In this document: in pieces, positions 1 to 13,300 of the stretch
Layout of the letters: the number at the start of each line of letters is the position of its first letter
Numbering within the stretch: position 1 is the first letter of the stretch
Origin: Tubiluchus corallicola
Taxonomy: Eukaryota > Animalia > Priapulida
DNA length: 64,000 bases
NCBI GenBank assembly: GCA_030141605.1
Contig: JAQGDQ010000091.1
Span: 558,001-622,000, forward strand
Direction of reading: 5' to 3'
Notes under the pieces: model-generated
Database searches by the model: none
What the model saw: the letters and a program-made list of their open reading frames with translations, nothing else
What the model was told of the DNA's origin: nothing
Position numbers and translations under genes: made by a program

Positions 1-749
1 TCCTATTTTGTTACTATCACTTTTAATTTATTAAAATTTCTTAGCAGTGACTTATGTAGCAGTCTAAGCTAACAAGGTATCATCAAAACTCGTAGCATGT
101 AGTACTATAGCACATTTTTTTCTAAAATAATTCGCCCAAACAAAAATGTTTGTTTTGACTAGTTTTAGTTCAAAATTAAGTGTCAATTTTCTTTGCTAAA
201 CTGGTAAAAATTTTAATATTTTTTATTTATCAATGAGTCCCTAATATCATCATTTCATAGCAAAATTTCGTCGGACTTTAATAGATTAACTTGAGTACTG
301 ATGACATGGTAACAGGTAAATTAAAAGAAATAACAGTATAATATTTTTATCCATGGCATTCATTGTCCCACTTTTCTCGTATCTGCTTGAAATGTGATAG
401 AATAATAAGAATTCAATGTAATATTCTTCAGTTTTACAACACTAATTAAAATTAAATAATGAACAGCATTCGTCATTTTAATATTAAATGTACATACCTG
501 TGCTTGATTTTATTTGTGAATATTCTTGAAAAACAATATTCTTGATACAGTTTGTTCTGTTTGAAGCATAAAGACTAGCAAGTAACAACCTTGGACCTAC
601 TGTCCTCACCTCTCAACTGAATCCAGTAATCCCTGTAGCTGTAATCTCCATACAATGCTGATTTACTGGTAACACCAAAAATTATAACATATAGTCTTTT
701 ATTTTAACTATGATTCTAAGCTACTGTATTTAATTTTTATTACTCACAG

Positions 750-3700
750 GAACCACTACTTCTGTACTGTCCATGCTGCGAGAATGATGGTACCTCGGAA
801 AAAAGGCTTAATTGTCAATGTATCTTCTATAGGAGGTTGGAGATATTTGTTTAATGTACCATATGGCATTGGAAAATGTGCGGTAAGAACGTTCTTGGTT
901 CTGATTTTATCTTGCATGAATTTGCTGGCATATGCTCTAAATGCCAGATAACCAGCTTCTGCCTTTCTGGTGGTTTTTACTTTGTCTTCCTATTTGGTTT
1001 TTGTTTAAATGGTATGCGTTTACCAGTTTATGAATGTGTATTAAATTTAGAGGTGAGGCTATAATAAAACAAATATAACAAGCTGTAAATGTATATAAAT
1101 GCGACTATGCCATGCCACATTAACTGTATATAGAACAGCTTTTCTGAGGATATAGCACGTAAGGTGTTGCTTGCATCAAAGCAGTAAATGAAAGTGTGGT
1201 TACAGCTTTTTTTAATGCTTTGCATTATGTAAGGCATGTTTCTATTTGCTGTTTGAAATAAATTCCTATTGCGTAATGCTATTGAACTGTGGATATCTTT
1301 TGTTAGCTGTTAAGCAACGGATGAAAATATTATATATATTTTTAAATTTTCACAGTTGGACCGGATGGCCGCTGATTGTGCGTACGAACTTAAGAAACAC
1401 AATGTGGCAATGGTGAGTTTATGGCCTGGTGCAGTTAGAACAGAATTGATGACTGAAGCAGCAGAAAAAAGTAAAGAAGAAAGTGTAAGTTAGATTATTA
1501 TATTCTTAAAGACTATATTTACAAATTCTTTAGTGCATGGTATGTGTATCAGGTTTTATTCGTTTTATCCATAACCAAATTGCACTTTGTATATATTGAT
1601 GTTTTAGGCCATTATAATATTGAATCCATGGAATAATTTTGCAGTTTAAAAAGATGATGGATATTGCTGAAAGTACAGAGTTTTCTGGAATCTGCATAAC
1701 TCAGCTAGCTTTAGGTATGTGGTTTATGTTAACACAAACAAAGCAAAACTAACAAGAATCTAGTTGGCCTTACTAGCCCTTAATTCCAATGTTGGTTCGG
1801 CACTGTAATTCGTGGTTACAGAAAATTTCTTACCAATTATTTTAATTAGCTATATAGAACTATACAACACTAAAAGAATGGAAAAAATACTTATAGGACT
1901 CACCAAGTGATCTTTGTCAGTGTTTTAATGTAACGAAGAACACCATCTAAATTATTCGTTAGGTAAATTTCAGCTGGGTGGTTATGCTTAAATTTAAATT
2001 TATGCTTAAAGCCTACAGCAAACTATGCATGAGCACAGCACACACAATGTCTGAACAGTACCTCCCGTACTAATAACTAGAATGGCAATGCCTTGCTACT
2101 TTCTCCTGCTTGACGTTAGAATGTGCTTGTGAATGGTGGCACAGTGAAGCAGTCTTTCTGTCTTTGGAATAGCTTGTTAGATAGTTTCACGAAGGCAGAT
2201 TTTTGTTGTTTTCTAGAAACCACAAGTAATTGTTTAATCTTCTCATTAGATAAGCAACCGTAAGTTCATAATAAAGTTGGGCGGGACTGCACTATCAGCC
2301 TAGGGCGTCATAAAGTCTTGATACATCCCTGTATATAATATATGACAAAATAGGAGCTTATGTAAATGTATTGTGTGTACGGGTAAACTACCGTTGTTTG
2401 TTCATTGGTAGTAGGTCTAAAAACCTAGTGTTTTTTTAACCTGCTATCATTTGGACATCAGCTCTGCCCTTGATAATCCTGCGGCCCATTTCTCATATCT
2501 ATTGGCTTTTAGTCTTTGGAATATAGTTAGTTTTTTATGTTTAGATTATCATTATGCAGAAATAGATGCATAAATATAGACTTCATGTTATGCTACAATG
2601 TTGAATAAGGTGACAATAAGGAGCATTTAGTTAAAGAACTGTAGAACAAATATGAAAAACAAATTTTTGTTGATTGTATAGCAGGGGTGTGCAAATTATC
2701 GGGCTAGCCGGGCCACATTAAATTTTCCCGCAATTCCTGCGGGCCACAGGCAGTTTGATCAAGGAGCAAGTACAGTAGTGCCTAATAATGATTTTTTTGC
2801 ATCCGATCTGCGCACATCATTACTACTACACTCAAGAAACAGTTTTAGAAGTTATTAAAATTGATATTAAAAACCATATATTTCTACTTTCACGACAGAT
2901 AGTGGTAATTTCATTACAATGCATATTAGTAATGTGTATCACAGTCTGTGTAGTACAGTGCATATTAACCTGCCTTGACTCGGTGTTATTCTTCAGTCTT
3001 CCTCTTTTTTCTTATCTATGTTTCTGATCTATAAGAACACTACACCTGATGAAACGACGAAACAGCCACTGATCCAGGCGTGTACTACTGAGCTTAAGCA
3101 GAAACTAAAATCTGGGAATCCCCCTATATCAGGCGTGACCATGCTTTTTCAGCTTGCTGGCTACTTACAATTTAATCTGCCCAGTCGTCTTCTTGGTCAT
3201 AGTAGGTGGATCATTTTCACTTGGTTATTTTATATTTTTTATAATAATTTATTTTGTAAAATAACCCAGTCAAAATGATCTGCCTAGAGATTGGTTGGTT
3301 GGTCTTCCTACCAGCCAATCAGATTGCTTCTCACATTTCTTGCACATTTGAGCGTTTCAATGCGGCTTCCATGATAGTTTGCTGTGTTCAGTGATTACAT
3401 GGCTTTTTTGTGTTCGAAGTGAATAACGTGTAATTTCGTTATGTCTGACAGTGACATTAAGTGACAAACGTCTTGTAAAGGTTAATGCCATCCGATCTAG
3501 TGGAAAAAACTACCCGCACTATGTTTGCGATCGTGGCACGGACTTCAGCTGTATACACTTAATTCATCGCCTGGGCCGCACTTTCATTAGGTTGACAAAT
3601 CTCTTAGCGGGCCGCACAAAATCTCTCGGTGGGCTGCACTTTGCACAACCCTGTTGTATAGGATTGAAACCTTTAAATTGTTTTCAGTGTTATATGTAAT

Positions 3701-4906
3701 TATATAGAACTTCTTTCGGCGCTATTACACTTTCGCACCGCCTAGCTTTTCCTGGCCTATTGGTTGTTTTCACGCCTGCAGGCCAGAAAGCAGACCAACA
3801 GGCGTAATATACACCATATTCCCATAATATTATTGCTTTTTAGGCTTTCTAATTCCAGATTAAAATCATACATTACTTACCGCCGCCATTATGCAAAAAG
3901 CTGCACGTGAATAACCATGTTTACACCACTAATGCGCAATCGCTCTCGCGCTGTGACGATGTGGCCCTTAACATGTATTTTTAGTTTCTTCGCATAATTT
4001 ATGATTATTAGGGCTGCAGCCACGCGACCCTAGCTGGCATATACGAAGAAATTATTTTAGACCACTACAGTTATTTATCATTAATTTTATTTATTACTGT
4101 AGTATTATTACTATTAGATTATAAAAAAAGTAAAGGTTTTTTCTTTATTTCGTAAATGCGGTGAAGATGAAAGTGTGTCACGTGCTTTTAAGCTACGCCC
4201 TGATAATGCATAAACTAGTACGAAATTCATCACGTGACTACACACACAAACAAGATGGCGATACGTGTAGAACTGTGAATACAGCGTAATTATTGGTAAT
4301 TATACCTAAATATATGATTAAATTACAATTAGATTAGCGGAAACATTCACTGATGATGTAAGAATAATAGAATAATGACGTACGAGCCTAGAAACGAGTA
4401 ATAACCTAGGAAAAACTAGGCAGTGCGAAAGTGTAATAGCGCCCTTCTTTCTTTCCTCGTAGTGCCTGTCTAGGCGTAGTTACAAAATCACCACTTAAAT
4501 AAGGTTTTAAGTGCCTACTTAATTTATATTCTTCTCACTAAGTCTGGTTATATTTTTTGAAGGCTTGTCAAAACTGTTATATTAATTATATTAATTATGA
4601 TTTCAGATCAAAATGTCATGTCTAAAAGTGGAAGAGTTTTACAAACTGGTGATTTAGCAGACGAGTACAGTTTAAAAGATATAGATGGTAAGCCAATTTG
4701 CAGTACATTTTCAGGTTTCACAGCTACTGGACAAAAAGTCTTTTATACATAATGCGCATTCACAAATTGTAATCAAAGGGCCATTATAAAGTAAAAAACT
4801 TGTTAGTTCACATGGATTATTCTTATTTTAATTAGTCACTTCATTTAGCAACAACAGCAAGCAATACAGTTCTGAAACCAAAACTATATACTAGTGGGCA
4901 AGCTGA

Positions 4907-4945
<39 letters not shown>

Positions 4946-6244
4946 AATTTTTATCCTTATAGCATGTTTGGTGTTCATTGTTTGCTTTTTATTGCTATAG
5001 TTACTGCTGTTGTAATCGTTTATATAGCATGCTTAATGACCATGATTGCTAGTCACTATGATTTATTTTGATTTTTTGCATAGTTATATATGTATATACA
5101 TATATATATATATATATACACACTTACTTAGATTATTATTATAAATTTGTTAGTAATCTGTAGCATGAATTTGGTTAACAATTAATAGCTAAACTTTAAC
5201 TTCAGTGCAAGTTAATTATTAACAGTACTTTGTCTATCACATAGCAGTTATTTATAATATTTTTTACTGACTAAAATGTTGGTACTAAAATAAAATGTCT
5301 ATTTCATGAAAAGGATTGCTGATTCGATAACTTCACTTCTTCGCCACTTTTTTCTTTTAGTTAGAGTTAATCATATTCTATATTGTAATTAATAGTTACT
5401 ATATGGGAAAAACAAAAGTGAATCTGAATCTGAATTTGTATGTCTTATTAAAGGGTACTTACCGTACACAAACAAAAAATAAGGCATAAATTTGATGGCA
5501 AATTTACAGAAACTGCTATCAAAATTTTATTAGGTCATCATTATAAACAACCATCAAACGAAATCGAACAACATCCATCTGTCATCGTAACATTCCAGCA
5601 AAATGATGCATTTAATCTCAAATATGTATTGCTTTTTAAAATATCTCTTTTTAGAATATAATCTCTTCCTTTCAGGCCTACTTTTACAGTAATTTATAAA
5701 TGGCTGTGACTTAGAGAGAGACAACAGAGGAAGACAAAATTGCCATCAGTATAACCATCAAAATATGGACATTTTTTGTGTGTAATTTAGCATACTGCAA
5801 GCTGGAATCCATTATTCAATGGATAGGCATTCATAATGTGCATGGTCGGTGTGGCAAGTCTGGAATCTGGCTCATAGCCAAGGTAATTTTCTAAGATGAG
5901 ACACTGAGCCAACCATGTCTTAGCCATTTTTCGATGTGAATACACAGTTTTCCAGTGAAGCAAACAAATGGAATCAGTATTGTAAATGGTCATTCGGCAC
6001 TCTCCCTAATCAGCCGCAACTTTTCTTAACTTCACTTGCAAAGCACACATCCATGATTTTTCTAATGTTTGATTTTAGCTTTAATATTTTTCATGCACTT
6101 TTACTTGCAGGAAAATATCCATTGTCTATGAGAAGTTTGTCTATTGCTCTTCATCAAGTGGGCTGGACCAAAACTGCTTCTTACCTTCCACGATGGTGCA
6201 AATTTCCAGGCTGGATGTTTGCTGTGTTTGGAAGTAAATACTAA
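750..6244 (+). CDS. DHRS1: Dehydrogenase/reductase SDR family member 1-like, 3' part (5' exons lie before the window). Exons 750-882, 1356-1484, 1645-1714, 4607-4687, 6111-6244
   Basis: Spliced translation NHYFCTVHAARMMVPRKKGLIVNVSSIGGWRYLFNVPYGIGKCA/LDRMAADCAYELKKHNVAMVSLWPGAVRTELM.../FKKMMDIAESTEFSGICITQLAL/DQNVMSKSGRVLQTGDLADEYSLKDID/GKYPLSMRS...GSKY*. It has the SDR catalytic Ser and YxxxK (YGIGK) and closely resembles DHRS1 as I recall it (FNVPYGVGKAACDKLAADCAHEL, VSLWPG). All junctions are GT-AG and in phase. Confidence 0.92.
2682..3653. mobile_element. Non-autonomous hAT (Charlie-like) DNA transposon/MITE, 972 bp, in a DHRS1 intron
   Basis: TIRs CAGGGGTGTGCAAA / TTTGCACAACCCTG (13/14); perfect 8-bp TSD TTGTATAG at 2674-2681 and 3654-3661; subterminal GGGCCRCA repeats. 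Confidence 0.9.
3718..4443. mobile_element. Non-autonomous DNA transposon/MITE, Merlin-like, 726 bp
   Basis: 36-bp TIRs GGCGCTATTACACTTTCGCACYGCCTAGYTTTTCCT (34/36; 3718-3753 and 4408-4443); perfect 8-bp TSD CTTCTTTC (3710-3717, 4444-4451). GG...CC termini with an 8-bp TSD fit Merlin; the superfamily call is inferred. Confidence 0.85.
4909..4942. repeat. (AT)n microsatellite
   Basis: Uninterrupted AT run seen directly. Confidence 0.95.
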
Positions 6245-8320
6245 ATGATCGGCTTCAAAGTATAGAACTACCGTGTGAATCGTGTAACTGTGTACACGGG
6301 ATTGCATCATAATTGTAGGTAACGTGGACTAAGAATTTAGGTAGAATGGTTGTAAAAATTTTACTAATGATGACCAATCAAAATTGGCACATTAATAATG
6401 CTTAGCTTTTAATATATATCCTGTTTAAACAAAATTAAAGTATAGATTAATTAGCAATTTAGTTATTAAAACACAGATTACATGTGGAAACTCGCTGAGT
6501 ACATTGTATTCTGATACTTTTTTCCTGAAAATAACTTCAGGTAATGAGAAAAATAGACTGTGTGTTTAGACAAAGTTAGCAGCACAAATTCTGGTCTGTA
6601 AATAGATAGGTGACAAGCATTAATTATTATGCTTTTTGGAAGATTCCTGTACCATACTGACCCCTTGCTATGAGGGTAGATGATAAAAGCCCATCATCAT
6701 TCAAAATTGTGTCGTCAATGTGTTTTCAAAAATAAATGTGAATATAAATTGTGATATCATTAGTCTACTAGTCATCATGCAATGCAACTAGTGTTTGTTT
6801 GGTTCATACCTTTGTAGAAAATTTTGAACTTTTATTAAAATATTACTACTTGCTTTTAATTGAAGTTAGTAGAAAGTTAGTGGATTAGCTCTTAATAAAT
6901 TAAATGTTGTGACATTGTATAAGTTTATTTTTTAATAAAGCTATCTGTTGATATAAATTTGAAAATAAATTGTAATTTGAAGAAATTGTAAATGTTGATT
7001 ACTTTAATGACATATAAAAGAATCAATGATTTTTGAAATACCATACAATAACATGTCATATAGGCCACTACACTTGATTACACTTGGTGATGTTCCCACT
7101 TAAAGGCCTATTCTTCATGCATTTGTGACAAATTCATGTATTTTTACTATACTCAATCATCACAGCCATGTGCGTGTTTTCTTGTAGGCTCTAATGTAAA
7201 TTTTCCTCTACATTTTCTTACTTATTATAAACGATGTGAGTTTTCTCTATGTGTGAGTGACAATAAATATCACAAAACTTCCATTTCATTGCAAGGCAGT
7301 TTACATCAAATACCTTGGACTACACATTAACAGTACATTATCCTGGCAAACCATATAAAATCTATAAATTATAATTTAAATAAACTTTAAGACCTTTAAA
7401 AAGTGTACAAAATAAATTAGTAAAAAATTATAACTTTTTCTGGTTTTCGCAACCATGCCACCTCCTTCATTTATTAAAGTACAACTGTTAAAAAATCCAT
7501 GACATTCAGGAATTGAAACTGATTAAATTTATGTATCAATATGAAAAATGTAACGGAAGTTTAAACGTAGTTTAAATGTTAAAAATATTTTATATGTCCG
7601 TACTAGTAGATTTGTATTAAATCTGTGCTTTATGTTTATTGTGCAATATTGAAAGTTTTTTTAGGTAGTAGATTTGCATACATCAAAATGATGAAAGTAG
7701 TAAATATATTTTTCTAATACTTATACTTTAAGATAGAAGCAAGAGTTGGTAGATCAAACTTACAGGGTGGTAGCCTTTGATGTTCAAGTTTTTGTAGGTG
7801 TCATCACAATCATTTTGCCATTTCACTTGTGCTTTTATATTCAAGAATTGACATGAATGTATATTGTTTACAAACTATTTATTTATATCTATCCGCTGCA
7901 GCAGAGCCTAAACAACAACTTTCACTGTATAACAATAAAATGTTTTGGATCAAGTTTTTAACTTGATCCTTAGTCTCACAGTTTGGCATCAGACCTGATT
8001 AGCAAGATAAAAATCAGAACAGACACTTTCATAATTAACGAAAATATATATAAATAACAAAAAAATTTATATGAAATATTTAAAATAATCATGAATGAAA
8101 TAATGTTTTAGCAAAAGCATGACGTTCGTTAACGATTTTATAGCAAATGCAATTGCCAAGGGGTAGCAAATGAAAACGCTCGTTAATGATATGTATAAAA
8201 TGTTACTACTAATGCGAAATCACAAGAATTAATAAGTTTTATCTGACAGCACTGGAAATGTTGCTAAAACCATTTTACTTGGCAATATCTAGCAAATGAT
8301 ATATTTCAGCAAAACGACAA

Positions 8321-8528
8321 AAGGCAATAAACTACAAGTCATACATTTTAGTAGTCGTTCAAACAGTAAAAAAAGGTGAGATATAAACAAAGTCAGATGC
8401 ATTACTAACAAATTGTCATCCTGTAAAGGCAATAATCTAGAAGTCATACATTTTAGTAGTCGTTCAAATGGTAAAAGTGAGATATAAACAAAGTCAACTA
8501 TCATTACTAACGACTGGGCATCCTGTAA
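8321..8528. repeat. Two-copy tandem duplication, unit about 105 bp
   Basis: AAGGCAATAA...AAGTCATACATTTTAGTAGTCGTTCAAA...GTGAGATATAAACAAAGTCA...CATTACTAAC...CATCCTGTAA occurs twice head-to-tail with moderate divergence. Confidence 0.85.
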
Positions 8529-9232
8529 TGTATACATACTTAAGCAAAGCATGTAAAAGCAGATGCTGTACTTGTAATAGATTTTTAAAAGAGTTAAACT
8601 AGCTGATTATGCTGAGGAAGCAAGCTGACAAATTCTTCCGTCAACCTCATTTAGTTCCTGAGCTGAGTGATTAAGACGAGAAAACAAATACTTGCAAAAT
8701 GCAATTCAATAAGCAAAGAAAATAAAAAAGATCAAAAACATAATAATGTAATATATTTACTACTAAAATTTGGTAAAAATAAAACTATAAGTGTCCAGTG
8801 AATGGCACATGAAATAATATGGAAACAAAAAGAGTAAAGAATGATGAAGTATGTAATTTCCCTGACATGCATATAACAATACCGACAGTAACAAAATTTG
8901 ATAATTCAAGTTTCAAATTCAACTAAAAAAGCTAACAATCAGCATTTATTAATTTAAATGACTTAAATTATCAACAAAAGCTTGTTTGTATACTCAAACA
9001 AGCACTACAATTATAGTGGAGAGAATTATACCACATAAAAAATATGTTTAACTAATGCAGTTCTATGGCTCTTAGAACAGAGACCAATGAATGTGATCTA
9101 GTCTGATTTCAGATTTCTGAACAAATATGTCTGAAAGAGATGTCTTTAAACCTGTGCAAACAGAAGTAAAAAGGCAGCAAGCAAAGTTGGTACAGATGAG
9201 TAAACGTAGATTCCACTTCAAAAATCATAGTA

Positions 9233-10084
9233 CAGTAGGCGTCGCTTAATAGACTCACTTTGACCCAATTAACCAAATGAGTCAATTACCCGAGGGTTTA
9301 GTACATTATTACTATACAAGTATGCATCATCACTCATCACCTTAGTATGTTTTGTAAAGGCTTTAAATGAATTTTAGAAATGAATTAACGTCAAAAATGG
9401 CTACGTGCAATTATTTAAGAAGCATAATTTATATAAGTGAATTAATAAAAAAAGAAAAAAAAAATGCATAATTCTGATTGTTACCATCAAAAATTACAAA
9501 AATTCATGCAAGGTCAGTTGCTTCATTTCTTCATGAAGAAGTTGGTTTGTGAAATTCTCATAGTGATAAAAACATTGAAAATCTTTTACTGTATACAGCA
9601 CATATTCATGCAAAACACCTAGTCACCTAACAGCAGTTGGTGATGACCCTGTGAAAAGCAGCAAGAGCTTCAAAAGCAAACCCAAAGTGATTAAATGTTT
9701 AGCTTCCGGAAACAATGAGGTTAACTGCAGTGGATCAGCGGGTGACAGATTCAAAGCAAAACAGCCACGCTAACATGTTAGCACAGACGATAAACATACT
9801 GTACCTGCTTACAAACAAAGCTGTACTTAACATGACTGTTTCTACCTATTTTATACTGCACTGAATTGACGTACAGATGACACAAAAGCAATAAAAGCTC
9901 TTTGGGTACACACAAGTATCTTATTTTAAGTATGTGAAGGAAAAATAATGAGTCAATTATGCGGAGTTATTTGAGTTACTTACCGACAGTTTTTATGTAC
10001 ATTTGAATAGGAATGGCCCGTTCCAGGTGCTTTTGAGTCAATTAAGTTACTGAGTTTATTAACCGTGTGTCTAATAAATAGCTG
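9233..10084. mobile_element. Degenerate Tc1/mariner pogo/Tigger-like MITE
   Basis: Left end TA|CAGTAGGCGTCGCTTAATAGACTCAC; eroded right end GTGTGTCTAATAAATAGCTG|TA; GAGTCAATTA subterminal motif near both ends (about 9279, 9950, 10034). Confidence 0.55.
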
Positions 10085-10317
10085 TAGTTGACTCATAGCA
10101 CTGTTGCTATGACTTTCAATTATAAATTATAGAAATTATAAGCTCTAAATATTCTGAATTTGTTTAAATTTAATAAACAACATAGTATAACACTTTACTA
10201 TATCTTTCTAAATGGCTAACGAACAATAAAGTATAAAACTTAACTACTGTATCTTTATCAATGGCTAAGGTTATTGCTCCTTTTGTCAACAGTTAAACTT
10301 GTTCTATTATTCTTTTA

Positions 10318-13300
10318 CTATATTCGTGGGACGGCGACAAAATTGCATGGCTTAAGACTAAGTGCTAGCCCATACTCCGGTTCCACGTCTATCTCAGCTT
10401 GTCCTTGTGGGGGTTTAAAGGTAAAGTTTTGCAACATGGCTGACAAAAATAAAAACAATTCCATTCTTGCGAGATTTTCTCCAAGACAGACGCGGCGACC
10501 TAAAACAGGAAAAGAGCTGCGATAAAGCTACAAGTATTGAAATTTTAAAATATGATGAAAATTTCAGAAAATCCACAAGGAGCAAAATATTGGCAATGAA
10601 CTCTGCTATATGCTGCAGCCATGATGATAAAACCACCTACACTTACTGGCATATTGACAAATTCAACTACATGCATAATGACAAAACCTGCCGCAACATG
10701 TAACACTTTATGACTTTATTGCAGTTATGATGGTTGTGACGAATTCATGTATCTCATACACAAACCTACTGGCTGACACACATTAGCTACACAAGCCACA
10801 TCTACATGCAGCAAGTTTATGGATTGCTAGCATATGGAGTATGGAAACCAGCACATTATGCATGCAAGAAATACAAAAAAGTGCAATTAGTATGGTGGCA
10901 GACTACATGGTCCAGGATAATGCTATCCAAATAATACATAAACTGCAAATATTCTACTGAAACAAAAAGACACTACATACTTTATGCATTCTGGCGTAAA
11001 ATTTTAATTATGTATGAATTACTCTTATATTTAAATGAAATCAGATTTTTGATCATTTAGTCTGACTTTTTTAGTGTTACTCGTGATATAGTTTTACCAA
11101 AGTAAAACTGAATGCCATATTCACAAACCAGAATAAAAAGCCTCCATTTTTGTCTCAAACTTACTTACCAAGAGAAAACGGAACGAAACCTTCTGGATTT
11201 TTCATGACTTTGCCAGATTTGTCCAAAAATCGTTCTGGCTTGATCTGACGTGGCTCTGGAAAATACTTTGGATCTAGGTGACATCGGTATAAATTGGCTA
11301 TAACTGTACTTCGTTTAGGAATGTGATACCCATATAGCGTTGTATCATCTGCAGTTGCATGAAGCAAGCCATAAGGACCTATATTAAATCAGTAACATAA
11401 AACAGGATGAGAAGAATAAATAACATACAATATGAATAGAGGAAATAAATTTAGACTATGAAATATCTCCACCAATGCCAATAATCTAGACATGCAACTA
11501 GGCTATAAATTCATTGTCATTCAATTCAGTTTTCTAATCTTCACTAAAAGTAGTAACTCAAATTTGGTCAGTCACTTTCCAAATGCCAATCAACTGACTC
11601 CAATTTTTTTAAGCATTACCAATTCTACTTTAATCAACTTAAATACATGGAACATAAAAGATATAAAAGACATTTTTATGTTCCATGTATTTAAGTTGAT
11701 TAAAGTAGAATTGGTAATGCTTAAAAAAATTGGAGTCAGTTGATTGGCATTTTCTACTATGGGACTTTTACTGAAGAAAAAGAATGGTCTCATCCTGGAC
11801 AGCGTTGGAATAAATGTTGCTCAGCTATTTTTCTCCTCCCATATTATGACGGGTACTCAAGTAAGGATGAGCAGAACCAGAATGAATCCTGTTCAAGTAG
11901 AATATGGCTCAAAAAATGTAGAGATGAGTGGTATTTGAACCCTGAACCTTTGAACTGGCAACCAAACATAATAACCACTAGGCAACTGCACCTTCTTTAA
12001 CTCTTGTTGAATGGTCAGTTGTTCCTGCTAGTCTACTCAAATTCTAGTCCAATATTAAAGTGGAATGATGTGCCATGAAGTCTGAATTAAGTTCGCACTT
12101 TCATTTTCTTGAAATCAGACCTTTTATAGCAACTGAAATGCTTTCATTTCAGTTTAATGCCAGTAAGAGAAAAAAAGTTCACGAATCACATGAAAAATAT
12201 ATGTGCTTTTCAAGCGTGAAGCTTATTTTACAAAAATTAATATTAAAAAAAATTATGTTGCCAAAATGAAATATTAACCAGCATTAGCAACCCTCATTAT
12301 TTCTAATATTGTTGCCTCAGTGTATGGCATATTAGGTTGGTCTTCCATTCGTGGTAATCTGCCACGTCCAACAACAGTGTCTATTTCTTCTTGTACCTAC
12401 AACAAAAACATTATTCTCCAACCTGCACTTTAATTAACATCACACAAATGATAATTTTAAATTAAAACAATAAATTCTGGCTTGTGAATGTGTTTCAAAA
12501 TTATACAACATCATTATAATTTTTGTTACCAATTTGACAATATGCACACCTTACCTTCTTTTGCAAATCTGGATAGTTTATAAGGTAAGCACAATGCCAC
12601 ATAATGCTTGTACTAGTAGTTTCTGTTCCTGCAGCAAACAGATCAAATATAACTTTGTTCAGTTGATTCTCTGAAAAAAATGCATCCTATCAAAATAAAG
12701 TTGCTTTAATGCCAGTTTGTTTTGAATAACTTAGTAACTAACTAGTGAATCTATTTTGATACTGACTGAGGTAGATTCAGGAGCTGAACACTCTTGACAG
12801 TCATTTGAATGAAACAGTCAGGTTAAGCTACAGTTCTAAGTGGAAATTAACATTGACACAAGTACTACAATAGTAGCGGTAATGGTAACACTAGTGACGA
12901 AGACAACCACAAAATATACTGAACAAAACAGTTACTGAGAAAGATTTTACGAATAACACTAGTAAAAGCCATTGACAACAACAACACCAACAAATATCAA
13001 CTGCAGGAACAGCTAAGTATGACAACAGCTGCGGTAGAAATAGCAACAACAACGACAGCATATATTTCACCAGTGTCAGGACACGTTATTCAGCACTTAC
13101 TAAAACGATAAACTACTATACAAAGACAATAAATTCTGACGAAAAAACCTGCAAGTGGCTACCTGAAGCAAATACTGAATCCTCATTCCCTTTAGCTAAT
13201 TGCTCTTGCTGCTCACTGAGATACATGTCAATAAAATCACGCGGAGAACTTGAGTCGAATGTCTTACGGTGTTCAGCTATCTGTCGAGCAACAAATTTCT

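Noticed and set aside
2270-2331. Transposon-like right end (CCTAGGGCGTCA...ACATCCCTG)
   Set aside because: No matching left end or TSD found.
11928-11992. Possible tRNA gene on the minus strand
   Set aside because: A- and B-box-like motifs are present but acceptor and anticodon stems do not pair; treated as a SINE head.
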